From Patescibacteria group bacterium (lineage in GTDB: Bacteria > Patescibacteriota > Minisyncoccia > Phycocordibacterales > EsbW-18), in contig JBBTUJ010000005.1 of the NCBI GenBank assembly GCA_038063815.1, positions 4,875-68,874 on the forward strand: a stretch of DNA of 64,000 bases. Direction: 5' to 3'. Below, in pieces: positions 41,831 through 52,226 of the stretch. Position 1 is the first letter of the stretch. Each line of letters begins with the position of its first letter. The position numbers and the translations under genes were made by a program. The notes beneath the pieces were generated by a model. The model worked only from the letters and a program-made list of their open reading frames with translations, was not told the origin of the DNA and ran no database searches.

Positions 41831-42277
41831 TTATTCTCTTTTCAATGAACGCTCGATGTCGCGGTCGCTCTCTCGCTTCTTGAGGTCCTCGCGCTTATCG
41901 TACTTTTTCTTTCCGCGCATGATTCCCAAAGAAACCTTCACGAACCGTCCTTTATTATACACCGATAATGGCACAATTGTCAATCCCTTCTGCCCTTCCG
42001 TTTCGGCGATATGGAGCATCTCTTTTTTGTTGAGGAGGAGTTTCCGCGCGCGATCCGGTTCGTAGTCAATTGGGGTGTTTTTCGGCTGATACGGCGCGAT
42101 TGACATCCCAACGAGAAATACCTCGCCGCCACGTGCTACCGCATGCGCGCCCTCGAGTGACCCTTTGCCGGTCCGGAGCGCCTTCACCTCATATCCCGCA
42201 AGAACGATACCCGCCTCAAGCGTTTCAAGGATGGTATAGTCGCGTCGTGCTTTTCTGTTTTCGATGTATGAGGCCAT
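41831..42277 (-). CDS. smpB: SsrA-binding protein
   Basis: NRKARRDY, EAGIVLAGYEVK, GKKKYDKR. Confidence 0.97.
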   Translation of the reverse strand: MASYIENRKARRDYTILETLEAGIVLAGYEVKALRTGKGSLEGAHAVARGGEVFLVGMSIAPYQPKNTPIDYEPDRARKLLLNKKEMLHIAETEGQKGLTIVPLSVYNKGRFVKVSLGIMRGKKKYDKREDLKKRESDRDIERSLKRE

Positions 42278-42305
42278 GGGCCAATCATACCACTCGATAT
42301 ATTCT

Positions 42306-42938
42306 TTATCCTCGTACGTCCGCTGCTGGCAAGTCGCTTTCGTCTAAGCGATAGCTGTACGTCATTTTGTTCTCAAGTTTGTCTTTTTTCGCGAGTTCGA
42401 TAACGCGCGCAACAAGATTCTTCGGGTTGGTATCAAAAATTACTTTATTGTGCGAGCGGTTGCTTCGGTCAAGAATCGTGCGAATCGTTTCGTCCATAAC
42501 CCACTCGCCCTCAAGAACACCGATTGGCTTGTTGTCTTCAAATGCGATTGTAAATTCATGAATAGTACCAATGCGTCCACATCCGAAGATGACCGCGTCT
42601 CCCGAGCGCGTCAAAATCAAATCGCGTCCTGAGTATCCGAATCCGGTATAGACAATCAGGTCCATGTAATCAACCGGGAGACGATACGCTTCGATGTGTT
42701 CGCGTTCAGATGCCGCTGGAGAGATACCGATCGATTGTCCACCCGCCTCAACAGCACCGATTGCCGCCCACAGAGGAAATCCTGTTGTCGCACCCGTCAC
42801 GATTGTGGCACCTTGTCGTGCGATTTCACGCCCCGTTTCTTTCGCGACCTCAAATGCGCGCGGACCACACTTCGATGTTTCGGCAGCGCCTGAAACACAG
42901 ATCTTTATCTGGCGATGTTTATGCGGATCGTATGTCAT
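42306..42938 (-). CDS. LOG/SLOG family (TIGR00725-like) nucleotide-binding protein
   Basis: VTGATTG, YTGFGYSGRD, GRIGTIHE. Confidence 0.8.
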   Translation of the reverse strand: MTYDPHKHRQIKICVSGAAETSKCGPRAFEVAKETGREIARQGATIVTGATTGFPLWAAIGAVEAGGQSIGISPAASEREHIEAYRLPVDYMDLIVYTGFGYSGRDLILTRSGDAVIFGCGRIGTIHEFTIAFEDNKPIGVLEGEWVMDETIRTILDRSNRSHNKVIFDTNPKNLVARVIELAKKDKLENKMTYSYRLDESDLPAADVRG

Positions 42939-43036
42939 TTACAGCAAGTATGACGCGATTACGCAAGTTTATCAAGTTGAAAGTTATAACGTTACAAGTA
43001 ACTTGATGAACTTTATAACACGGCGAACCTGATGAA

Positions 43037-44401
43037 CTATTCGAGGTCGAACGTCTGCCCGAGTTCGGGATATACGGCATCTACTCCGAGATAATCACGC
43101 AAACGTTGCACAAAAAATTGTGACGCGCGCGGCTCTCCCATTGTGACAAATACCTTTTTGAGCGTGTGGCCTGTCGCCGTAACGAACGCCAAGAGCCCGT
43201 CAACATCGCGATGTCCAGAGAATCCGTGTATCTTTTCTATCTGTGCTCGAACTTGAATTTTTTCTCTTCCAATCGTGACGCTCTTTGCCCCATCCTCCAG
43301 CTGTCGTCCCAAGGACCCCGGTGACTGGTACCCGACAATCAGAAGCGCATTTTTCGGATCACTCAAATAGTGTTTCTCATGACTCACCACCCGTCCTCCG
43401 TGAGACATTCCTGATCCCGCGATGATGATCTTCGGCCCGGGAACCTTTGCAAGCACGTCCGACTTTTCTTTTTCCGAGATAAGGGTCAATTCTGGGAACG
43501 AGAACAGTTTTTCTCCCCGTGCGATTGTTTCTTGTGCTGTCTTATTGAAAATGTCAGATGAGTGTTCATAGATGTGCGTTGCTTTGATCGCCAAGGGCGA
43601 GTCGAGATATACAGGTATCCGCGGGATACGTCCCGCCTTGAGAAGCGCGTGGAGTTCATACAGCACAAGCTGTGAACGTTCAACAGAAAATGCCGGAATG
43701 AGAAGCGTTCCTTTACGCGCCGCGACTTCATTGATAACACTCTCGAGACGCGCGGTCCGATCTTCTCCCGTTTCGTGCCGCCTATCACCATAGACGCTCT
43801 CAATAACGAGGTATGACGCGCTATCGACGATGTCCGTATCGCGAAGAAGGAGTGATGGCGAATTCCCCAAATCACCACTGAAAACGATTGTCCCTGCGGT
43901 GGGATGCGTCGCGAGAACAAGGGCCGACCCAAGGACGTGTCCTGCGTCTTTGAGCGTTATCGAGAAATCACCTATTGAGAACGGCTCATAGTACGGCACC
44001 CCTTTCCAGAGAGGGAACGCCGCTGCAACGTCGGCCGGCTCGTATGGTGGCGTGGTTCCGCATGCAGCCGCCTCGCCAGCGAGAAGATGTGCGGCGTCAA
44101 CGAGAAGAATCTCTGCGAGTTCTTTTGTCTGAGGCGTCGAATAGATCACTCCCTTGAAACCATCCCTCACGAGCTTTGGAATACGGCCGATGTGGTCGAT
44201 ATGTGTGTGCGTGACAATAAGCGCGTCGATATCTTTAGGTTCGTACGGAAAATCCTCGTAGTTTTTCTCATCACACACACGTCTTCCCTGGAAAAGTCCG
44301 CAGTCAACGAGAATCTTCTTCCCGCCGCCCTCCAAAAGAAAGTTTGCGCCCGTCACCGAGCCAACGCCGCCGTAAAATGTAAGTTTGGGAGAAGTGCTCA
44401 T
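43037..44401 (-). CDS. MBL-fold beta-CASP RNA metallo-hydrolase
   Basis: THTHIDHIG, AGHVLGS, FSGDLG, FSGH. Confidence 0.9.
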   Translation of the reverse strand: MSTSPKLTFYGGVGSVTGANFLLEGGGKKILVDCGLFQGRRVCDEKNYEDFPYEPKDIDALIVTHTHIDHIGRIPKLVRDGFKGVIYSTPQTKELAEILLVDAAHLLAGEAAACGTTPPYEPADVAAAFPLWKGVPYYEPFSIGDFSITLKDAGHVLGSALVLATHPTAGTIVFSGDLGNSPSLLLRDTDIVDSASYLVIESVYGDRRHETGEDRTARLESVINEVAARKGTLLIPAFSVERSQLVLYELHALLKAGRIPRIPVYLDSPLAIKATHIYEHSSDIFNKTAQETIARGEKLFSFPELTLISEKEKSDVLAKVPGPKIIIAGSGMSHGGRVVSHEKHYLSDPKNALLIVGYQSPGSLGRQLEDGAKSVTIGREKIQVRAQIEKIHGFSGHRDVDGLLAFVTATGHTLKKVFVTMGEPRASQFFVQRLRDYLGVDAVYPELGQTFDLE

Positions 44402-44808
44402 ACAAGAGGTGAAGTTTTTCTGTGTGTAAAGATACCTCTCATCAGATACGCCGCGCACCATGCCCCTGTCATGTCCATTGCCAGATCAACCACTGTATCT
44501 GCGACAATATTTTTCTGCCCCGCAAACATCCCTGTTGCATACTCGAATATCTCCCACCCGATACCGGTTATCAATACCGCAAGTACAATTTGAAAAAAGT
44601 ATGGAAACTTTCCAAAAAATGTCTCGAACCGAAAATATCCCCACGCGGCACATCCGCCAAGCGCAAAACCACTAAGAAAATGCAACGGGGCGAAACACCA
44701 GGGACAGGTCAGGTCTAAAGAATACTTGAGCATTACTTCCTGCACTATAAAAACAAGCCCGACAACAAGAAAAAGGGCAAGGAGCGTGGTTCCAAATCGC
44801 ATCGGCAT
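44398..44808 (-). CDS. Small membrane protein
   Basis: HFLSG, GIGWEIFE, DTVVDL; start trimmed because the ORF-track extension overlaps the 6S-like RNA. Confidence 0.7.
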   Translation of the reverse strand: MPMRFGTTLLALFLVVGLVFIVQEVMLKYSLDLTCPWCFAPLHFLSGFALGGCAAWGYFRFETFFGKFPYFFQIVLAVLITGIGWEIFEYATGMFAGQKNIVADTVVDLAMDMTGAWCAAYLMRGIFTHRKTSPLV

Positions 44809-44865
44809 GATGGTAGACATTTTATCAGAAACAAAAAATCCCCGCTTGAGCGGAGATTCTTTGTT

Positions 44866-44999
44866 GGGGGTTATTTCAGACGTGACCCTAGCGTAAACTA
44901 GGTGGGTGTCCTCAGTACGTGAGCCGAAGCGCACGGTTTAAAACAATTCGGACTCCCTTAAAAATTTATTTGATCTAGATTATATCCAAAATAACCCCT
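44866..44999 (-). ncRNA. ssrS: 6S RNA-like (compact, ~135 nt), with terminator at 44833-44862
   Basis: Closing stem GGGGUUAUUU/AAAUAACCCC; core UUUUUAAGGGAGUCC...GAGGACACCCACC resembling Firmicute 6S; upstream TTGCGT-N18-TACCAT. Confidence 0.7.
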
Positions 45000-45117
45000 A
45001 CGAACATGGTACGCCTCTCCGTGAAAAGGACGCAAGGGGGATATCGCGACGGAATACGGATTTGACTCTCTGTAAAAGAGATTTTGCTACCAAAAAAACT
45101 CTCCCGCCAAAGTATTC

Positions 45118-46173
45118 TTAAATACCAAGCGCTTTTGGAAGTTGCTTCAGGAGTGTCACAACCGCGGGTGGTGCCAGTAAGCTGTGCACCTCATCTCCTT
45201 CATCGTCAAGAATGGTCCAAGGGGACTCTTTGGTGACCGCCTTCAATCCGTCCCATTCGTATGTGTACATAGGAGTAATCTCGTAGTCGTCAAAATATTT
45301 TTTCACGTCTCCGACAGGGACCGCGTTGCGTACCAACACCTTCGGAATACCGTGAAGCGAGAGAAGCTTGTCGATAAGTTCTCCATCACGCACCAAACGA
45401 TCTTTAATGGGTGCAATTCCTTCCGCATCTCCTTCTTTTGGACCCATACGCACCCCATGATCGTCACAGAGAAGGTGAAATGTCTCTGTTACTGCATCAC
45501 GTTCGACATTCTTCGTCGGAAAGAGCTTCGTATTACGCGGCGTTTGGCAGACAGGACAGATAACGCGGAACTTCATGCGCTCATCGATGACTGCTGTCGG
45601 CACGTCAATCGCAATAAAGATGTCTGGGTCTTGTCGGTAGTCCACGAGGTCTCTGAAAAAGAGCGCGTATGAGATTTGATCGAGATCGCGCGGAAAACCA
45701 TCGAGAAAAAGTGTCTTCTTTGGCAGTGCGCTGATTTTTTGTTTCACCAACGCGAGGATGAATTCTGTCGGAAGAAGTTTTGTTTGGCTTTTGCCAATAA
45801 GTGCATCAACCGCATCTTCTAGAGAAATGTATCCGCGATAGAGAGATCGAAGTGATTCTGTAAACGCTTCTTTATCTTTTGTTGCCGCTTCGTGCGCAGC
45901 ACGTACGGTATCCCCAACAGAGATGTGTTCGATGAGATCGTTTCCGAAGATCTCGGCCATCATTTTTGTGTACGTTCCCTTCCCCGCACTCTTTTTTGCA
46001 AGAAGGTATGCAATGAATGTGTTGTCTTTGAAAAAGTCCTTGAGCGCACGGATTTCCGCGCCCGCTTTCGCTTCAAAATATTCTTTACGACCTTCCGGCG
46101 TTGAAAGATCAAACACTTTGGTCACGCCTTCTACCCTTGTTCCCTGCATGGGAAATTCTTTTGTATATTTCAT
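45118..46173 (-). CDS. Adenylate kinase-like nucleoside monophosphate kinase, extended paralog
   Basis: AKKSAGKGT P-loop variant, HISVGD, LDGFPR, CPVC LID. Confidence 0.8.
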   Translation of the reverse strand: MKYTKEFPMQGTRVEGVTKVFDLSTPEGRKEYFEAKAGAEIRALKDFFKDNTFIAYLLAKKSAGKGTYTKMMAEIFGNDLIEHISVGDTVRAAHEAATKDKEAFTESLRSLYRGYISLEDAVDALIGKSQTKLLPTEFILALVKQKISALPKKTLFLDGFPRDLDQISYALFFRDLVDYRQDPDIFIAIDVPTAVIDERMKFRVICPVCQTPRNTKLFPTKNVERDAVTETFHLLCDDHGVRMGPKEGDAEGIAPIKDRLVRDGELIDKLLSLHGIPKVLVRNAVPVGDVKKYFDDYEITPMYTYEWDGLKAVTKESPWTILDDEGDEVHSLLAPPAVVTLLKQLPKALGI

Positions 46174-46201
46174 AGAAAAAACACTATAGCACACCTTCCG
46201 T

Positions 46202-48943
46202 TTAGAGATGGTATTTTTCCCCAATTTCTCGCTCCACCTCAGCCCGAGGACGTCCATGGCGCTCAAATGATTCCCGGGCGAGTATTTCCGCGCGAGCACG
46301 ATCGAACTTCGGCGGTGATACCGTCTCAACATTAAAGGGACGTTCCGGGCGACCGTTTGAAAGAAGGCGCAAAAAGGCATTCCTGTTGTCGACGTTCATG
46401 AGATCAGATGCCGTGAACACCGGTGTGAATTGTTTCTCAAGGTACTCCGCGTCATCACTTCCGACACGGAACGCTGCAATTGAGCCCACGTTCCCAAAGA
46501 CCGCATCACGTATTTTTTCATCAAGTTGTTTGATGAACTGGTGAGCGACCGTCAGAGACAGGCGGTATTTCCGTGCCTCAGAGAGAATCGTTGCGATTGA
46601 ATCCGTCGTGACATTCTGAAACTCGTCGATGTAGAGGAAGAAGTCAGGCCGTTCTCCAGCTTCCGCATCAACACGCGAGAGTGATGCCATCAAAATCTTC
46701 CCGACAATGATGAGACCCAAAAGATTCGCATTGATGTCACCCAAGCGGCCCTTCGAGAGATTCACCAGAAGAATCTTCCGTTCGTCCATGATACGACGGA
46801 AGTCGAATGCGGACGTTTTTTGAACAACGATCGGACGCATGATGTCATTCGCGAGGAAGACATCGAATTTCGATGTTATGTAGGGCACAATGTTCGCGAG
46901 AGATGCTTCTCCTCCCGCTTTTTCCGCGACATCACGCCAGAATTGGACAATAATCGGGTTCTTGCAGCGAGAGAGCTTGAGCTCGCGATATGTTTTGTCA
47001 GACATCACACGCGACACGTCAAACAATGTGTTTCCTGTTTCTGGGTCCTCGATGACAAGCATCGTCGCATTCCGGAAATACTGCTCAAACATTGGGCCCA
47101 TCGATTCGGGAACTTTTCCGTAGAGTTTTTGGAAGATAGAAAAGAGCTCGTTCACCACGAACGTCTTCTGCTCCGGATGTGCTGGGTCATACTCGAGCAT
47201 ATTGAGCCCCATCGGACGGTCAACCTGCGAAGGGTCAAAATAAATGACATCATTTCGCCTCTCATCCGGCACGGCCGAGAGGATATCAAAAACGTCGTTC
47301 CCGTGCGGATCAATCATGCAAACCCCGTCGCCATTCGCGATATCTTGGACAATCATGTTCTTGAGTAACGTCGTCTTTCCTGTTCCCGTCTGACCAATCA
47401 CGTACAAGTGCCGCATGCGATCCTCCGGCGTAAAGAATATCTGTGTCTCTGCATTCCTGTATCGATTGATACCAAGCAAAACCCCCTCATGCGGAAGATC
47501 CACAGGGGCGGGCGCGCTTCCGGCCTTTGAACGCTTAAGCTCTCGGGACGATTCGACTCCCGTTGCAGGAAAGTGAAATACCGTTGCAAGTTCCCTGATG
47601 TTGAGAGGGAGTACGAGATCACTCTTGAAGTATCGATAGGTGAAGTCGCGAATGAACTCCTTAAGACCTCGCGAGGAGACACGTACAAATTTGAATTTAT
47701 TTCCCTTTCCCTCTTCAAACTGATTAAATGTTGCCTCCAGATCAGAAAGGATTACTTCACTTCGTGATTCACCACCCGAGGAAGCAAGGAGGCGGATATT
47801 CGTTTCAAGAACGGGGTGTGAAATTTTTTGTTTAATCGATTCAAGTGCAACGTCGTCAATGACTTTCTGCTCTTTTTCTTTTTCTTTCTCGTCCTTCTTT
47901 TTCGACACAAAAAACTCTTTGAACCCTTTGGCGATGTCTTTCACGACCGACTCGTCCGCAAGCGCCTTTTTGAGTTTCTCGCCTTTTTGGAGACGTGTGA
48001 TGACGCGTTTGTATTTCTCCGTATATGAATCGCCTGCGGGTTTGACGACGATTTGAAGCGCCGCCCCTTCTCCTACCCGTGAGAGTTTTGCAAAAGCGGA
48101 GAGTGTGATATTCAAAGGATCATAATCGAGTGTCTCAAATGTCTTCAGGGGAAAAGCGGCGGGGCGAAGAAGCGTTGCGAAGGAAGCCGCAACAGAACCG
48201 TCAGGAACAAAGACGTTGTAGTCGTTCTTTGTTTCAACAAGACGTGCCTGAGGAAAAATCGAGAGAAGTTGTTTTTCAAAGAGTTCTCGTTTTTCGACCG
48301 GTACCGCACAAAAAAGCGTTGCGTGCTCGTGACTCGCTTCTACGGCAAGTTCAAGCGTAAAGTATGCAGACCTCGAGGCCTGTGCCGCAACAGAAGAGAG
48401 TCCGGCGTAGAGTTGTTCCATTGACGAGAGAAGTTCTTTAAGCGGCCTTCGGTCTTCTTTCTCGCGCGCTCCAATAGGAAGAGAGACCTCGAAAAGCGTC
48501 ATGTGAAGCGCTTTCCACATCTCGGACTTTTGCGAAACACCATCTGCCGCGTAGCCCTCTTTCAGATATTCAGCAAGAAATCGGTGAAAATCGTCCGCAA
48601 GGTGTGGGTTGTCGAGTTTTGAGAGAACAGAGAGCGCGTTCCTGACACCTCTCTCGCGCATAATCGAGAGAAGTTCGCTTATCTGTTCATCGTGTTCCTC
48701 GGGCTGAAGATCAAGTACAATCGCGTCAATTTCGGGTTTAAGCATCGCATGACCTTTTTCAAGGACATGTTCCGGGTGGTGTTTTGTATATGCTGCAACA
48801 AGATTCTCGGCTGCCGCTTCGGGCCCGCTCGCTTCCGCAGATGTCATTCCTTTCTCAAGTTCCCGTAGACGCTCTCGCAAAAAAGTTGCCTCCTCGTCAG
48901 GTGTTTTGAATTTTGCTTCAGGCGTAACGCTGAATCGTTCCAT
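46202..48943 (-). CDS. TraD/TrwB/DUF87-like P-loop ATPase with long N-terminal region
   Basis: HLYVIGQTGTGKT, IDPHG, YIDEFQ, EARKY. Confidence 0.88.
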   Translation of the reverse strand: MERFSVTPEAKFKTPDEEATFLRERLRELEKGMTSAEASGPEAAAENLVAAYTKHHPEHVLEKGHAMLKPEIDAIVLDLQPEEHDEQISELLSIMRERGVRNALSVLSKLDNPHLADDFHRFLAEYLKEGYAADGVSQKSEMWKALHMTLFEVSLPIGAREKEDRRPLKELLSSMEQLYAGLSSVAAQASRSAYFTLELAVEASHEHATLFCAVPVEKRELFEKQLLSIFPQARLVETKNDYNVFVPDGSVAASFATLLRPAAFPLKTFETLDYDPLNITLSAFAKLSRVGEGAALQIVVKPAGDSYTEKYKRVITRLQKGEKLKKALADESVVKDIAKGFKEFFVSKKKDEKEKEKEQKVIDDVALESIKQKISHPVLETNIRLLASSGGESRSEVILSDLEATFNQFEEGKGNKFKFVRVSSRGLKEFIRDFTYRYFKSDLVLPLNIRELATVFHFPATGVESSRELKRSKAGSAPAPVDLPHEGVLLGINRYRNAETQIFFTPEDRMRHLYVIGQTGTGKTTLLKNMIVQDIANGDGVCMIDPHGNDVFDILSAVPDERRNDVIYFDPSQVDRPMGLNMLEYDPAHPEQKTFVVNELFSIFQKLYGKVPESMGPMFEQYFRNATMLVIEDPETGNTLFDVSRVMSDKTYRELKLSRCKNPIIVQFWRDVAEKAGGEASLANIVPYITSKFDVFLANDIMRPIVVQKTSAFDFRRIMDERKILLVNLSKGRLGDINANLLGLIIVGKILMASLSRVDAEAGERPDFFLYIDEFQNVTTDSIATILSEARKYRLSLTVAHQFIKQLDEKIRDAVFGNVGSIAAFRVGSDDAEYLEKQFTPVFTASDLMNVDNRNAFLRLLSNGRPERPFNVETVSPPKFDRARAEILARESFERHGRPRAEVEREIGEKYHL

Positions 48944-49007
48944 GTGCCCTTATTCTATCATTCCTTCGAATGATAGCTGCCTCTTTTTTAAATGAAGCGC
49001 GTGAGAC

Positions 49008-49226
49008 CTACTCTTCTGCGAGCGCCTTTTTGAACGCGAGGAGGTCCTTTTGGGCTTCCAACTTGTTCTCCATTCCTTCCGCAAAAGCGGCCATTACTAT
49101 TTTTTTCTGCATATCCTCAGGAAAAGAGGAGAAGTGTTCTCGTAGAAACATCTTCGCTTTTTCTTCGTCTCCTTCGCGGAGGATCTTTCTAAAATCCTCA
49201 AATAACTTTGTTGTATCAGGGTTCAT
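49008..49226 (-). CDS. Hypothetical protein
   Basis: 72-aa helical ORF between two same-strand genes. Confidence 0.6.
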   Translation of the reverse strand: MNPDTTKLFEDFRKILREGDEEKAKMFLREHFSSFPEDMQKKIVMAAFAEGMENKLEAQKDLLAFKKALAEE

Positions 49227-49245
49227 GATTGTTGGAGAAATTATC

Positions 49246-52218
49246 CTACTTTAAGTTTTTTGGACCAAAAAAGTCTTTGCACAAGAGGCCGATGATAGAA
49301 GCCCAGAATCCTCCTGTTTGAGGAAAATTGTGCTTTTTCTTGTAGTCCGCCTCAAACGCAGACCGTGCCGTATTTCGTTGCTTACCAGCAGGCATTTTGT
49401 CCCATTTGACTGATTTTTTGTATGTCTCCCATTCCTCCTGAACACCCTCTTCGTCGGGAACAGCGTCGGAGAGCTCCGCGAGAGATACTCTTTTTACTTT
49501 CTCACCGCCAACAACCTTCTCTTTATAGAGCGCTGTCGTGAGCGCTTCGCGCATACGTGGGTCATCAGAGACAAGCGTCGCGATGAATGATCCATTCTCT
49601 TGCATGATACGCGCTCGCTCAGTTCGCAGTCCTTCAAACGTGTCGGCGTGTGCGGATGTCGCTTCCGCCGCACTACGTCTTCCAAAAAGCGTTACGGTTT
49701 TTTTAAACCATCCCATTTCCGAAGAAAATGCTGTACGAAGGGCTTTCTCTCGCTCAGCAGGATCGGTATTGCCCATTGCTTCTACAACGGCGGCAGGTGA
49801 CGAGAGGCCATATTTCGCACACATTTTTTGTATGGACTCATTTACGGGCGCAGCACTTTCCTCAATCTGGACAAGCTCATCATGCCTGCTCGCAAGCTCC
49901 TGAAACTCGTCCGGAGATGCAATCGCCTTATCAATGACTCCTGCTCGTATAATCTTTCGAAGCGCGGGGAGGCCAACAACAGATCGCAAATCTTCAAGCT
50001 CTTCGGAGTATAGTGCGAGTTCAGTAATCTCATCGTCGCTCAGTGCTTCGTTCAGTTTTTCTCCGCTTTCTTTTCGCTGAAGATACTCCTCTCGGTGTTG
50101 TGCGAGCTGTGTCATGTCATCTGGTTCGAGAGTGCGTGAAAGCATCCTTTCACCAAGTGCCGCCACCTCAGGATCTCCAAATGAGTCGAGCATCTGACCA
50201 AATTGTTCCGCCTCTTTTGCAAGGATATCGGCAAGGGTCGGCCTTGCGTCAACCTCTTCACGACGTGCGCTTCCTGCATCTTTCTGTTCTGCATACATTC
50301 TAAATGGATTTTCTGGACTCATGGGGTGTGTATTTTTAATAGTATATGAATTCGTATCTAGTGTACCTCGATGCCTAGGCGTGTCAATTCTGCCGGCAGC
50401 ACTAAGAGGTGTGCCCACCGATGGATTTCGTTTCCGTGTTGTTCGTTCTGTTTTTTTGGGCACTTCCGGTGGTTCTTCTGGAACAGTTTCGCTCGTCATC
50501 ACAACTGGTGGCGTGGTTGGTGCTGTTTCTGTCGAAACGATAGGCGGAGGAACCTCTCGTGTTGGCAGAACCGAATTATTTTCAGGTAACCCTGTGGTTG
50601 GTTGGTGTGGAGGTGTTTCCGATAAAGGGGTGACTTTTTTTGCTTCACCTCTTTGTGGCGCCTGTGATGGTGTTTTTGTTGATTCCGTATCAATAACGGG
50701 TACCTCCACAATGACAGTCCTTGATTTCTTTTCTCCCTTGAAAGAAATCTCGAGATTCCCGTTTTTAATTGTCACGTCATCAATTTGTTCTGGGTATTTT
50801 CCTTGAAGATGCTGTCGGATTTTTGGAATTAAAGATGGAAGGGCTGACTCAAGGGCCGGCTTAATAACAGCTCTTTTAAGAAAAGATGCGTCAATATCAT
50901 AACCCGCTACCGACAGCCCACGCCCACCACCCTGAATCCTCGCGGAAAGACCGAATGCGCCCGCAAGATTGTGTCGTAGCTTTGCCGTCAGGTCTATCGT
51001 ATTACTGTGTCCATTCACCAAAAGGGTGTCCACCGTGGCAAGTCCGCTTAGTAATGACTTAATTTCTAATTGTATCTCACTCGGCGTGAGTACAGCGTTT
51101 TCCCTTTTTACCATTTCCTCAACGACCCTCTCGACTTTTTGCGTCAGTGGCGTGGTTGGTGCTGTTTCTTTTTTACGAACCCGCGGTTGTTTTTGTGGAG
51201 CTTCCAGACCAATGACGGGCTTCGGGGTCTCAGTGCTTGGCGGTTGAACATTTTTGTTCTGAAATCGTTTAGCCCGCGACTCAACAGTCGCCGCGTCAGT
51301 AACCAATGACTCCATCCCAGAACGAACCCGTATGCTTTGCGCATCAAGAGATTCCTTACCTCCCGATTGCACCATAGCAACAGGCGAGACGGGCATCATT
51401 TCAACAATCCTTCGTAACTTTGCGGCGGACTCTCTTCTTTGCTCCACGGTGCTTTGGTCATCTGCAAAAACACGTGCAAGTTCTGGAATACTCCGTATGT
51501 ACCCGCGTATTTCAGCTCGTGCCTTTTTGGTACGCGTTGTATCCATCTCAAGTTTTTCGAGCATGTTGAGAGCATACCTCTCCGCAACAGATGGGTCAGC
51601 GATAATCGCATCGGTCTCGTATTTAAAATGGTGGGCAAGGTCTATTAACCTCTGCTTCTCCCTCCTTTCGGCGTTATCACGAACAGGGTGTTTCTGCGAA
51701 GAATTCGCCTTCTTGCTTTCTCCTCGTGTTTCTTGTTCAGATTTTTCTTTTTTACGAGGTTTTTCTGCAGGCCTTTCGGGAAGTGTGGGTGGTGGAAGTG
51801 CCACATCTTCCCTTCCGCCCGGTCTTCGGCGCTGGCTTTCTCTTCGTTCACTATCACGCGTACTCCTCTTGCGCGATGTTCTTTGACGATCAATCGACGC
51901 AGGCGCATCGCTTCCATACACTTCAAGTTCACTTTCGACGAGGGGTTCAGTGGGTTTTTCTTGCCTACTCTTTTCAACATGACGCACTGCCTCCAAGAGT
52001 GCTTCGGTAAACGTTGTCTGTTCGGACGTGAGCGTTGGCTGTTCTACCTCGACCGCTTGGGCAGCATCGATCGCATCTCTGAGATCTTGTTGTTGTTCGA
52101 GCGAAAGCGGCTTCACGTCAGCGTCAACTCCTTCCAAAGGTGTTTCTGCGCGATGCTCACTATCGTCCCCTCCCGGAACGTTTGGTGGTGGAAATTGATT
52201 AACATCTTCAGGACTCAT
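49246..52218 (-). CDS. Large low-complexity hypothetical protein (possible fusion; internal start at 50322)
   Basis: 990-aa ORF rich in P/E/T/K; TATAAT 7 nt before the ATG. Confidence 0.75.
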   Translation of the reverse strand: MSPEDVNQFPPPNVPGGDDSEHRAETPLEGVDADVKPLSLEQQQDLRDAIDAAQAVEVEQPTLTSEQTTFTEALLEAVRHVEKSRQEKPTEPLVESELEVYGSDAPASIDRQRTSRKRSTRDSERRESQRRRPGGREDVALPPPTLPERPAEKPRKKEKSEQETRGESKKANSSQKHPVRDNAERREKQRLIDLAHHFKYETDAIIADPSVAERYALNMLEKLEMDTTRTKKARAEIRGYIRSIPELARVFADDQSTVEQRRESAAKLRRIVEMMPVSPVAMVQSGGKESLDAQSIRVRSGMESLVTDAATVESRAKRFQNKNVQPPSTETPKPVIGLEAPQKQPRVRKKETAPTTPLTQKVERVVEEMVKRENAVLTPSEIQLEIKSLLSGLATVDTLLVNGHSNTIDLTAKLRHNLAGAFGLSARIQGGGRGLSVAGYDIDASFLKRAVIKPALESALPSLIPKIRQHLQGKYPEQIDDVTIKNGNLEISFKGEKKSRTVIVEVPVIDTESTKTPSQAPQRGEAKKVTPLSETPPHQPTTGLPENNSVLPTREVPPPIVSTETAPTTPPVVMTSETVPEEPPEVPKKTERTTRKRNPSVGTPLSAAGRIDTPRHRGTLDTNSYTIKNTHPMSPENPFRMYAEQKDAGSARREEVDARPTLADILAKEAEQFGQMLDSFGDPEVAALGERMLSRTLEPDDMTQLAQHREEYLQRKESGEKLNEALSDDEITELALYSEELEDLRSVVGLPALRKIIRAGVIDKAIASPDEFQELASRHDELVQIEESAAPVNESIQKMCAKYGLSSPAAVVEAMGNTDPAEREKALRTAFSSEMGWFKKTVTLFGRRSAAEATSAHADTFEGLRTERARIMQENGSFIATLVSDDPRMREALTTALYKEKVVGGEKVKRVSLAELSDAVPDEEGVQEEWETYKKSVKWDKMPAGKQRNTARSAFEADYKKKHNFPQTGGFWASIIGLLCKDFFGPKNLK

Positions 52219-52226
52219 ACAAAAAA

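Noticed and set aside
44809-44934. N-terminal extension of the 178-aa membrane ORF
   Set aside because: It overlaps the 6S-like RNA and its terminator; a downstream start is more plausible.
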